A stretch of 64,000 nucleotides of DNA from contig JAQGDQ010000877.1 of the NCBI GenBank assembly GCA_030141605.1, positions 21,237 through 85,236 on the forward strand, in the 5' to 3' direction. The stretch is from Tubiluchus corallicola (lineage: Eukaryota > Animalia > Priapulida). The translations under genes and the position numbers were made by a program. A model generated the notes under the pieces. It worked only from the letters and a program-made list of their open reading frames with translations. It did no database searches and was not told the DNA's origin. This document shows positions 51,701 through 64,000 of the stretch, piece by piece; within the stretch, counting starts at the first letter, position 1; every line of letters begins with the position of its first letter.

Positions 51701-54700
51701 ATAGCAGGTTTGTTGTTGACCTACAGTTTAAGATTGGGTCCGGTTTTGCTTTAAGCGAATTCTACTGTATTACTTTGTAGTATTTCATACACTACACATA
51801 TGGTGCTCATACTATACTTGCACTGCTACAAAAGATCGGCAGAGCAGCATAATGTCAGCATCCGATAATGAATACTATGCAAATAATGAAACATCAAAAA
51901 CAAGCGCACAGACCTTCAGCTTCCGAACTCGAATTCTCTGATGACTCATTTCCTTGCAAAGGAAACTGAATTCTCGGTGCCTGCGGTCGATGCTTGCGTG
52001 CCGGATTAAAAGCGTAACAGTAAGCACATCTAAATGCTGAAAATATGCAGTTAGTTACAGCCTGTTCAAACTGCTAAATTAGAACATGTTCACCTCATAG
52101 CATAATTTATTCAAAACTGATTTAGGATAATCATAACATAATTACAAAAAAAATTATTCATAAACAACCAGGAACAATGAAGTTCCCAACAGGATTTTGC
52201 TACGCAAACCAACCCAGTTAAGGGCAAGGGAATACAGTATAAAAGCGAAAACGTAAATAAACATTTACGAAATGGAAATGAACAACATGTACCTAGGTAT
52301 TCGAACTCTTCTTGCAAAGCCATGCCGTTATGCGACCAGCACTGTCGACAGATCAATGCATAACGCTGGCCCGGTCCGTCCCCCACCAAGTATTCCACTA
52401 GCTTGTCAACGTTTGATCGGTGCAGCGGTAGGATGGGTCTGGGCGTCGGTGGGCCAGGCGGTGGACCTAGAAGTAGACAAAACGTAGCCTATTGAGCAAG
52501 TAAATAAATTATTTTTTACATCAGCCTATCCTTGATACACACAGAACTAAAACACAAAATATCACACCTACTTTAACTACTCTTCCACATCATAAAACAA
52601 AAACAAAGACTATAAAAATTTCACTTGAAGTTCTTCGATACAATAACTGACTTACTAAATGTCTTATTATAATTTTAACTATAACTATAATTAAAATTAA
52701 CTAACTATTATTATAATTATAACCCAATTTTAATAATTATTTTATTAAAATTGATGCATAAAATAAACTTGTGATTATAATGTAGATGTAAATAACTACC
52801 ACCATCATCATATTGTCATTGCCACGACCACTGCCACCGTCACTGCTGCCACTGCCGCTGCCACCACCAGCACCACCACCACAATCACAACCATCATCAT
52901 CATCATTACCACGCATCATTTGCATTTGTTTTCATTCAAATTTCAGCAAAGTAGAAAAATGACAGCACACAAAATTTAAAAGACTCAAAGTAGAACGACA
53001 ATGTTGCTGCATTTAGAATGCGAATGTCATGGTGAAACCAAAAGACAGTTTAATAAAACACCAATCAGATTTCAAAACAAAACTTGAAGTACAGGAAATC
53101 CCACGTTATATAGCTACACAACTGACTGGCTTTTACAGATTAAGCTAATCAAAACTTTCAACATTTACAACACAGTCTTTGCGACACAGCTCTTATTACT
53201 GACTTATTATCTCCTTCTAACTGACTTGGATGAACTCAAATTGATTGTGTGTCACTCTCTGAGCTGACAACATTAGTAAGCATCCCAAAAAACATGTCTT
53301 CAAAGATTCGTGGTTATTCAGCTTAACAATATTAACTACGCGTTGTCAGAAAATCAATAATGTTACTCAAATTACAGCATGCACGTGATCAAACAGTACT
53401 TTTGTATCTTATCTCATCAAACAGTACTTTTGTATCTTATCTTACACACTAATTTACAGGTTGTATGTGTTATTTGCAGAACCTTTACCAATTATACTGA
53501 TTTTGTCATTTCATTTCAACTGTTATTATGTTTGTCATTTAGCTTTTCCTACAAGTTGAGACAGATAATAGATATGGGATATTAAGTGGTCCAATATGAA
53601 GGTTCATTGAACATAACAATGGTGGAAGAAAAAATAAATTTCTAACTAAGAAAATCATCCTTTGATATTCTTCATCGGTTACATTTAAAAAAAATATTGT
53701 CGGCTCGCTGTCCTCTCCCCTTTTCACTGATTACTAGCAATTTACCTTTGTACTATTCATCTATTATAACCTTACAGACTGTAAGTGGTTACAGCACATT
53801 TGTAAATTGGAGAAAAAATAAATTTCAACTTCAATTTCAATTTGTAAGTGCCAGCTTTTTGAAGTTACAATCAAAAGACTTAATATCCCCTCAGAGTCAT
53901 TTTTAAAGGAAAACCGAATGATTGTGTAAACACGAGTTCAGAATAAAGAATGCTCTAAAATATTGAAAACTACAATAGCTTATTTTAAATCAAAGCTTGG
54001 ATTAAATAATAATTACCACGGATACTCAAATTTTGTTTAACTTTCAAAGCTACGCACGGCTCAGTGAATCTACTAAGACTGACAACTGCGCATTTTTGTC
54101 ACATTCGCGTGGCCGACAAATAGAAGGCGGTACCGTGATAACCATGATCATGAACTGCAGTGTAAGTTTCTGTCATCATATGACGTAGAGCCCATTTTCG
54201 TGACATGCATTTAAACAGTGACACTTACACAAAAGTGCTTGATGCACAAGGAAAGATGCCTGCCATTGCACAAACCGTGGTTAGTTTCTGACGCAAACAA
54301 TAGCTGTGTTTGGTTGCCGTTAATTAACTTTCTAAGCTAATTATTCAAATATAAGAAACAATTGCTAACTTTTATAGGGAAGAAAATGTATATTTTGGAC
54401 AGTATATTAAAATGAGATTGAGTCTAAACAATCGTCCGGTCTTCCTTTAACCAAGAAACAAAGATGGCAGAAGAAAAACTGCCTGCGAGTGACCATTTTT
54501 GACTATCACTGATATCATTGTTTGTCGCAAATAACTTTGCATTTAAACAGCTGGCAAATATTTCTGCTGCCACCAAGACGGAGCAGGGTGGCTCAAAACA
54601 GGAAAAACAGACGAAAACTAATAAATGCTTCATCGGAACTCAAGTGCACTGTTAATTGATTGACGAACAAAATGGGTACCTTGGCCCACAAATATACTGC

Positions 54701-57700
54701 CTTCCCGAGATCCCAGTGGCGTGGAATTTTTTGCTGAAAGAAACTTTACATTAAGAACATGTTTTTGCTGTTTATAAACTTAAACGGTGCATAGAAGTTT
54801 AAGAAACTATACACAGAAACGAATGTTAAGCAAATTTACGTAACTATTTAATGAACATAGAAGTGGAAAACCTGTTCTGCTAGCTTTAAAATTTAACTAT
54901 TTAAATTTTGTCTGTCAAGTTAAAGTAATGAGAATATTTCTTCTTTCACTCCGGACAACAGAACGTGACATTTAAAAAGCTTTGAATTAGAAAAACGTTA
55001 TTATTACAAATTACAAATATTATAATTATCTTGAATCTTGAATATGTTGTCTTTTTAACATATGTCGCCAAATTTTGCAATCCATTGCACCATCTGTTTT
55101 AATGTTTATGATTAAATTAATTTTTTAGTGAAATCAGAATATCATGACAATGTTAATTGGGTTAGTAAGACAGTCGCAATCAGACAACTATTAGTAATGC
55201 GGATCAATTTCATAACCAAGATTACAGTCACACTTTGTTTAAATGGTACAGTATAGAAGGAAAACCGGATGATTGTGTAAATACGAGTTCAGAATAAAGA
55301 ATGCTCCAAAATATTGAAAACTACGACAGCTTTTTTAAATCAAAGGCTTAGATTAAATAACAATTACCACGGACACTCAAATTTCGTTAAACTTTCAAAG
55401 CTATGCGTAGCTCAGTGAATCTACAAAGATTGACAACTGCATATTTTTGTCACATGCGCGTGGCCGACAAATAGAAGGCGGTACCACGATCACCACGATC
55501 ATGATCTGAAGTGTTAGTTTCTGACGTCATATGACGTAGAGCCCATTTTTGTGAGATCATGCATTTAAGCAGTAACACTTACGCAAATGTGCTTGACGCG
55601 CAAGGGAGATTCCTGCTATTGCACAAACTGTTGTTAGTTTCTGAGGTTTCTTAGTTTTCTTAGTTTCTCATGCTACAAATTACAAGAATTCAGACGGGAT
55701 TTTTTGAAACTCAGAAATCTAACAATTTAGAAATCCCCCGAACTTTGAAAAAAAAGTAGTCACAATTAGTCCTCGAAGCATATCTTTTTTATTGCAAGCA
55801 AAACAGTTTACACTTGTATTGAATGTATTACACAAATACGCTGATTGAGCCAAACGCATGATATCAGCAGCATTCCAACAAACGAATGAGTTTTGCCTGA
55901 AGCACTGGTTATTGTAAAATGCAAAATGCAACACACGCAAACATACACGAAAAGAAGTAATAAAATGATACTAACACAGCTAATTTTTAAAGATTAATGG
56001 TAGTTACTTGTTTTTGGCCAAATGGTTAATGTTTTTGGCTAATGATTTTTCGTAGTTTTAATTTGACATCAAAGTAGAGGAAGCCAAGAGCTTGTCAGCT
56101 ATACTGAATTTCAAAGTACAGTAGTACTAAAATTAGATAAATTTTGCACCATGTTGCAGAACAGCTAAAACAGCTTTGGGATGTCGAAATCTCTGATTCT
56201 GCTGAGTAATCAATTTAGTGCTATGAATTTTATAACCACTTCCATAGAAATCTAACCTCTGGTTAAGCATTAACAGACCTGATCAGTTCTTAGATGGGTG
56301 AGACATGCAATATTAATAGCTCATCAAAACAAGTCTAGGCTTAGCAAAAGAAAAACATTTAACACACGTAATTCCCATGCCTATCTCTGCTATGCAATTC
56401 AGTGAATTAAGTTCAATTCATTTTGTTATAATAGAAAAATTGACAGTTACAGCCATTCAATGCTTTGTTAGTGAATCACCACAATGCAACCAATACAAAC
56501 CGGCATGCGGTGTTGTTCTATCGTTCTGCACAGCCATGGGACTCGATGCTGGACGTCGTCCTTGTTGCTGTTGACCGGGCGCAACGGATGGTGGACTCGC
56601 ACCAGACTGAGCCGTAGCTACAGGAGAAGCTGCAGACCTAAACGCTTGCCGTTGCCGTAGACCTAAGACAGAGAAATTCTGTTACAGTAGCCAACAACCA
56701 TTTTCAAAAAAGCTGATGTTAAAAATCAATAAAGAGGTGAAACCCCCAAACATAAAAACTGTCTGATAAAAGTTACTAAATGAGTGCAACACTAGGAAAT
56801 TATAAAGTTTCTGATAAAATGATCTTGAAATTAGGTTTAGATTTAAGTAATTTATTAAAAAAGTTTTTTATGGAGAATGTGTTATTCAGGAAAAAAAATG
56901 ATACTAATAATAATAATAACTTTTATTTAAAGTTGGCTTTTGCGTGAACAATTAACATTAGCTCAAAGAGCTATTATCGCCAACTGTGAATAACAACCTA
57001 CAACTACATAACAGAGACTATTATTACCCCACTTTTACCCTAAATGCCACGCGTCAGGCAGGGCAACAGCAGGTACCATTTTTAAAGTCTTTGGTATGAC
57101 CCGGCCGCTGGGTCGAACTCACGACCTCCCAGACGGAAAGCAGACGCATTACCAAGACTAAAGGGAGATAGACTAAACTTTAGACTAAACCATCTGGTCT
57201 AAAAAGGAACCTAGGGTTTTTTTGTTTTTACAGAGCTGATTTTAACTTGTCAGCGAAGAAACAAATTAAAAACAGGTTACAACGTACTACGAAGTTATAT
57301 GAAACTAATCAAGGCATTGCTAGTTTGTGATAAAACACATTTTTCGAATAACATAGAGATAATTCTTACTGATAAGAACAGACACAGTTAATAAAAACTC
57401 TACGACAGAGAAAAAGGAAAGACTAAAAGTGTTTTTCTTTTGTTATTAATTACATGTTTAATAATTATTCATAATTTAACTAAGAATGTCCGGAAGTGAC
57501 ACTTATGAAATATCTCAAGTAACTATTGCATTAATTTTAACTGGAAACCAGTTTTTAAAGATATTGGTTATCCATAACCAAACAGAAAATCAATAATCAA
57601 GGGTGAGAGAAATGTATGTTTTCTCCTCAAAGCAAAATAAACTACACTGCCCATGTAGGTAATGTTAGTTAGCAAGGCGAAGAAAAAATATATCGAGTGG

Positions 57701-60700
57701 CCCACAAAAATGGTACTCAAACTAATAAAAATTGGTGTTAAAAATTTGAAACAAAGCATGACGTGTCAGCCACATTGTTATCAAGTCAACCTGTCATACT
57801 ACTTAAAGGAAAAGTAGACCCCCATCTTACATTATAGCTCAAAACAGTCTACAAAAATAAAACACTGAAAAGGAACATACTATTTTTCCAAGAATGACGC
57901 ACATGAAAGAATTATTACTACGGAAAAGCAGTTTTGGTCTTCGCTGTCACATGCACTTCTCCATACACTAGTTACATTGGGCACTAGTGCCTGCATCTCA
58001 GAAACACCTTGCACAAAAAACAAAGTGCTGTACCTCTCAGTTTAGAGTTGTTCGTTTGTGACATAGTGCACATGTTCGAGAACTCACGCATGAGCACAGC
58101 AGTAAACTTAAAATTTACAAAGTTTTTGTACATCACCTTGAATGTTGTATTGTAGCACTGTACGTCAATTTCCACTTTCGAAAACACGTGCAACATGCCC
58201 ACGGAATGTTTGTGCTGCTGTAAATTACATTCAGTCATGATGTCATCACTAGTTGGGCTCAGCCACCATTAATTAAGTTTTTAACTTAGTATTTTATTAA
58301 CAGAAATATTTTGGCATAATTATAGGCATAAAAATGTACACTTTTTACTGTACCTCAAAGTGGAGTAGGATATGAAAGACCGTCCAATTTTCATCTAATG
58401 CAACTAGACATTATACCTATAAATGTGTAAATTCTTTAACTGAAGTACAACTATAGTACATATATCCCAGTAACTGCTTCATTACCAAGGAACGCCCGAA
58501 TGTTAACGTACACCTGATCTTGACAATGTAAGCTTTTAACCGTTGAAATTATAAAACTCTCAATTGAGTGAAGTTTTTTCTGGGCCACCCGATACACCAA
58601 TGTTACCTGTATTAGTGAAACCAACACCATTTCTGCTCGGTGGGTAGACATGACGGTAAAGCACTAAGAAAAGAAGATGAACTCTCTATGAGACAGCTCA
58701 GTGTATGATCACACTACAACTACATACTAAAATGTCAGCGAGCTTAAAACAGAAACTGTTAGTTTCTACGATGCTATGCATAATTCACGTTAAAATCAGG
58801 CAGTTTTGATACATACATGTTTGCTGAAATGCAAGATGAAAATAACCCATCAAAAACAAATGTGTGCTTGCAAAATCGTCCATAAGTCAGTAATTAAGCT
58901 TTTCTAGTTATTCACATATCTCCATTTCATGAGGATCATTTTGATATCAAGCTCATCACTCTAAGTTTTTCTTAAGCTGAGATAATTCACGTTAAAGTTG
59001 AGGTGCAGGCTACACACTGAAAAACGTAATCTTTACAAAACTGGTGTTAAAGTCAGCCATTGCTTTTATCACGTCTCTACAAAAGACTTAACAATCTTAC
59101 AAAAGTATAGTGGCTATGGATTTTACAAGAGCAAGCTCAAGTTACATTTAAATCCAGTAGTTGGCTCTTCCTAACACAGATCGGTCTTGTCAACAGAAAA
59201 AGCCTGAAGCAAAATGGCCGCTTCCACGAGCTACAATCGGCTCTTTCTAAGTTTCTTTACAACTGCAGTACTAGTTTCTAGACAGAAAAGTTGGTAAAGA
59301 GTTATAAAATTAGATTTTTCGTATTTTTTGGAATATTCCTGATAATTTGATGCTATAATATAAAAGTCCAATATATTTAAAATTTGATTTCATAAAAAAT
59401 AAAAAATTGACCTTTCACCAAATTTTTGGTACTTTCTTTTTCCTGCTTTCTACTTTGAAGCATCATAACGAAGTTTTAACTATGCCGACTTATGGACGGT
59501 TTTGATTTGCAAGCACACAATTGGTAATTATTGTCATTTTGTAAACAAGCCGCTACATAATAATTTTTTTAAGAAATACTTTCTAAAAAAATTAAAAAAC
59601 TTTGGTTAGCATTTCCACTAATTGAAAGTCAATAGTTGCTGAAATCTTAAAAATGAAAAAGCTACTTTTCGCTGAGCTCCAGACAAAAATTAATCACCAA
59701 AAGCCATAAAAATTTCTTGCCTTTCAATAAGACTGTGGTTATGATAAATAATTCTAGCCCATAATTTACGAAAGTAGTGCAAAAATACGAATTTCCACTG
59801 TGAATACTTACTTTGTGTGCCACCAGGTGGCGTAGCCATAACTGGGCTGCCAGTATCCTAAAAATAAACAAGCATAGTTTAGGTTACATAAACAGCAGCT
59901 GCAGCAAAGGAAAACAACTTTGGGAAAACACTAGTTAAATATCGTTGTTTGGATGCTTAGTGTGCAATTTGACATGCCCAGGGCTAGCAGAAGTAATAAT
60001 TATTGAAACAAAAATGAGAAGATTCTTGGAATCAAACACAAAAGACTCTAAAATTGCGTAAACTAGTTGTTCAAGACGTTACTCTGTTGCAAAAAACCAC
60101 AAAGTTTCTTTTGTATCTGTTAACAATATATTTTAAAAGCTATACATCATCATTAGGCAAAAATATTGTGTAAAATATAGTGTTTCAGTAAGGATTTTGA
60201 TACAGAAAATACACAAATTTACTCTCAGACATGAAGTTAAAGAGAAAACAAATCATAAATAAAGAATAAAAAATTATAATTTGAAATTTTTTTAGGAAAA
60301 CAGAGATTTTATTTGAAGAAGATCTTTACTTATGTAGAGACTTTCCATCTACTTACTAGCCAAAGCAGGCACTGCTAAACTTGTGCAGCTACACTCACGC
60401 TGTCAATTTCACTCTTGTTTCCCAACAAAATCACTTTTGTCATTATGAAGACACATTGTTGCAATTTCTTAGCGAATATTGCTGCTGTGTTTGACTGCTG
60501 AGTGGTCACATTTAAATTTTATTATTTAATTCTTACGTTTAATATATTAACACTCCATTATTAATATACCAAGTCTTATGTAGACGTCTGTAAAAATTCA
60601 CAGAATAAAAAAACCACCGGGGACGTAATGAAGTTAAATAAAAACATATTTGCGCATACATGCAGAACTTTGGCTCGATGCCAAATACAGAAACTGTAAC

Positions 60701-62141
60701 AATCGAGAGTAATTTACAGGCTGGTTGGCAAAAAAAGGAATACAGAAAAAAGGCCATACCGCAAATGTCTTTGATCTTTGTGGATCAAATTTATCCAGGA
60801 TTTCCTTTGCAGTTTTGTATGTTTCATTTTCCATCACTTCCTCCAGCTGAAATTTAAATAAAAAAAAGACTTGTCAAATGATCGTTTGCTTGCTTATCAG
60901 TAATTTTTTATGAGTAAAATTTTGTAACACTTTTAAGCGTAGTTTATCTGCTACGGATTCACAAAACATCAATGTAAATCCATGGCTCTTTTGTCACCTA
61001 TTTCTTTTCTTTCTTTAAAGGAAAAGTCAAGCCTTCTGGAAAGTCAGACTTGTTTGAATGTTTCCGAAAAATGTTAGAAGGATTTGTTAATAAACAGTGT
61101 GACAAGTGCCTCGTGTAATTAACAAACTCCCTTTAATATAGCTATCATTTAATGCTTTAGCACTTCCATTTTCAACCTGCATTTTTCCACCAATGATGTC
61201 GTTTATCAGCTGAAGAAAAATAGCACACTCTCAATTTGTGTCAAAACTGATATAAGATTTTACAAAAAATAGCTAGCTTGTCTTGTGATATTTTTGCTTG
61301 AACTTCAGGTAAGCTGCAGGAGTTTTAATTAATTTAAGCAGCGGCGAACACTTACGAACATTCACGATACGCTTACCAAATGTCACGGAATCCAACTGTT
61401 ACATTATAATTTTCAAGTGATTGGCACCTGAAAATTTCTATACAATGGTAATATACAGTAATTTATACTTTTCAGACACTTCTTTACAAATTTCTTTGTT
61501 ATATTTTTCTAAGTGACAACAGTAAAGTAAACCCAACATGCTAAATGACATTTCCTTTCCTTTAATACAATTTGGCTTTAATAAAATGATTCTAATAGCA
61601 TACAGTAGGATTCTAAAAAGTGCCACTCAATATTAGCCTGTAACCCACAAGATGAAAAAGGTAAATATATAAAGACTGCATAACAAAATCACTAAAATGA
61701 CCACTAATAACAAGTTAATAGACCTCTGTAAGAAATTGTCAACAATGACTGCAGCAAGCTAAATGGTTTTATCAAAATTTCTTATGTTCACAAAAGCGCA
61801 CTTTGGTTAATAGATGATATTCCTTTCTCGCCTGCAACTAACTTGCCACAGAATTACCCACAGTCGATAATGCTTCCAGGCTAGGATGCAACGATAACTG
61901 CTACAGTACCGCTTTGAGACGCCATAACTAATTTTGCCATTTTACTCGTCTGTACTGGACACAATGCACAACTTGGCTCATTTCGCATGCTTTAGCTTTT
62001 TCATAATTTCAAGCTGGACTAACATTAACAAAAATTGGAAGATTGCCAAAAAACTGAACTACGATTATTAGAAAAAGGAAAACCGGAGTTTTTCACTTAC
62101 CACTTTCCTCTTCTTTTCTCTGAGATCTTGCAACGCAAACT
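48763..62141 (-). CDS. LNPK: ER junction formation protein Lunapark (5' exons lie beyond the window)
   Basis: Exons 62141-62101 (FALQDLREKKRKV), 60846-60760 (LEEVMENETYKTAKEILDKFDP), 59857-59812, optional 58663-58607, 56662-56501 (LRQR), 52466-52293 (PRPILP...DKLVEYLVGDGPGQRYALICRQCWSHNGMALQEEFEYL), 52036-51914 (AFRCAYCYAFNPARK, zinc finger and LNPARK-like motif), 50211-50071 and 48857-48763 (stop). Phase-compatible. Confidence 0.93.
52795..52920. repeat. Degenerate (CAT/CAC/CTG)n trinucleotide low-complexity tract
   Basis: Directly visible in an LNPK intron. Confidence 0.8.
53907..54446. mobile_element. Kolobok-like non-autonomous DNA transposon, copy 2
   Basis: TTAA|AGGAAAACCGAATGATTG ... 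CAATCGTCCGGTCTTCCT|TTAA; colinear with 14213-14746. Confidence 0.82.
55258..55645. mobile_element. Kolobok-like element, copy 3 (right end missing)
   Basis: Starts AGGAAAACCGGATGATTG and is colinear with copies 1 and 2 up to GTTAGTTTCTGA. Confidence 0.8.
56905..57160 (-). mobile_element. tRNA-derived SINE with a Meta/MESC-like central domain and a LINE-type (TTA)n tail
   Basis: Minus strand: TGGTAATGCGTC (A box), GAGTTCGACCC (B box), GGTCATACCAAAGACTTTAAAAATGGTACCTGCTG...CCTGCCTGACGC (conserved SINE domain, recognised from memory), tail CCAACTTTAAATAAAAG(TTA)n. Confidence 0.8.
58859..59522. mobile_element. TIR-bounded non-autonomous DNA element, superfamily unassigned
   Basis: TGTGTGCTTGCAAAATCGTCCATAAGTC / GACTTATGGACGGTTTTGATTTGCAAGCACACA inverted termini; no clear TSD. 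Confidence 0.55.
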
Positions 62142-64000
62142 CTGAAATGCAAATAGAAATGTCGTTAGTCATCAGAACATTTGTACAATTCAGTACTGGT
62201 TCATTCTTGAACGTGTCTATAGATCAATAAAACTATACAAAGTGCACTTTTAAACGTGTGTATTGCTTGACACAGACGATTTTCAAGTCTAACCATCATA
62301 ATGCTGACTCACCCAGAAGCTAAGTAGTGAACACTAATTTTATTTTTTTCAATTTCTTTGGCAATTTCTTTACAAAGTTGCTCAAAAATAAACTCTGACA
62401 CCAGCGTTTCACATTTCAAAAACTGTTTAAAGACTGGCCTTTCAAATAAGCTTTCCTGAACCAATGTAATATAGCTACTTAATTAATGAGTGTTTTCTAC
62501 AGAAATTCAGACACAAAACTGAATGCACAAAGGAAGTAACTGTGTTACAGCTCCGTTTTTACATGCCTGAACATGACACTGATAAAAACTGTTTCATATA
62601 ATGTCAAATATGAATACATAAATTGCATTCTTAGATTTACAATGCATTCTTTAGTCTTGGGCATGAACATTGTAAACTCAGTTTCACTTACTGTAATACA
62701 AATCATGTCTTGAATGAAAATTTAAATAGCTTTAACAAGAATCATACCTAGCGATGACAAAAATGAAATGTACAGACAACCTCGGGTCTGTAAAGACATA
62801 TTTCACAAAAACATTTATTTCATATACATACACACACATATATATATATATATATGCATATATATAGATTATAATATATGTACATATAGATTATATACAT
62901 ATATAATGAAATATATACATTATATATTTCATAAAGACATAAACACAACAATAAGGCAAACAAAAATCACGAAATAAAACTAAAACTAAGAATTGGGTTC
63001 AACTTCAAAATTATGCATTGCACAACAACCTAATCACGTATCTGGGCTGCATAAGGAAATGTCTTGTCTGTGTAAAACTCTTACCATTTTCACTGATTTT
63101 TCGAATGTAAATCCAATGTATCAGCCTCTTCATTCCCCACATTCTAAAATTCAAATTAGAAAAAACGAATTAAAAACAAACCAATGAAACTTTCTTTCAA
63201 AGTTATACAAAATAGTCCAAGATAAGATGGGTGATTGTTTCCCAAATTGTAATAACACCCTTCAGAGTATCAGGGGGCACAAACATTCATATTCAAGATT
63301 CATCTAAATTCATTTAAACAAATTCAGTTTTATCAAAGGTTAAAGAATTAAATTCTATTCAAATTTGACAGTTTCTCTTATTTTTTGTTCAGATCTTCCA
63401 AAGGCTGGCTAGTGGCTACACACCTAGAAACAAAGCAGGCCAACAAACATTACTAAAAAGACTAGAAAGTTTATATTAATGCCCCCCTTATATTTATGAA
63501 ACATAACACCCCCTCGGTGTGCAGTACTAGGACCAATTGATTAATTTTATTCGAGTATAATTTATTTAAGTATAATCGATCTGGGTTTTTCTTTTCCATC
63601 TTCGATTTGTTTTTTCATTAGATACAAATCATTTGCATTATCAATGCCATTTTCAATTTATTTTTCGAAAACCCACAAAAATTACACCACAAAATAACCG
63701 TCATTGTGGAAAATCAAGTAATACAGTTCTACCTTTGCTCAGTAGCTTAGCAAGATGGCGCCACTGCTTAGACATGAAGGTTTCTCATAGACACGAACAT
63801 GACACACTCTTCAAATGTACTGGTTTTGTCATAAAATAGCAGGAAATGGCACAAAACCAATTATAATCGATTATACGATCGATTTCATATCCGATTAATC
63901 TATAGTAATGCACCAATGCCCCACCACTAATGCGTAATAAGCCTAATAACTCAAAAACTCAAATTTTTACCCTAATGGAAATGCGAGAAAAGGCAGTGAA

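Noticed and set aside
62142-64000. Search for LNPK 5' exons (myristoylation site, TM helices) and for Evx/Hox homeoboxes
   Set aside because: No matching exon or homeobox was found in the window; the region looks intronic with repeat remnants.

Overview
AT-rich, intron-rich animal genomic DNA, probably from an invertebrate (the 5S rRNA and SINE types look lophotrochozoan-like; the species cannot be determined). It is not prokaryotic. I reconstructed five spliced genes by hand, checking splice phases: NFATC2IP/Rad60-like (+, 2711-10967), DGCR2/IDD-like (-, 28751-16915), PXMP2 (+, 29077-35012), HIBADH (+, 38461-43915) and Lunapark/LNPK (-, 5' end outside the window, 62141-48763). Introns and UTRs carry many non-autonomous DNA transposons (hAT, pogo/Tc2, Kolobok-like, Harbinger-like), a tRNA-SINE, an L2/CR1 fragment and tandem repeats. 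Four observations stand out. (1) A repeat-insert-repeat-insert-repeat array at 36262-38215, where ~95-155 bp direct repeats bracket a genomic copy of PXMP2 exon 2 and a decayed VCP/p97 fragment; a third insert with the same architecture lies at 5637-6018. (2) A minimal 5S-rRNA plus LINE-tail retroposon with a target-site duplication. (3) HIBADH and LNPK, which flank the Evx side of the vertebrate HoxA and HoxD clusters, sit here as a tail-to-tail pair, predicting Evx/Hox linkage. (4) A DGCR2 with only a VWC ectodomain and a very long cytoplasmic tail. All alignments and counts were done by eye and are approximate.
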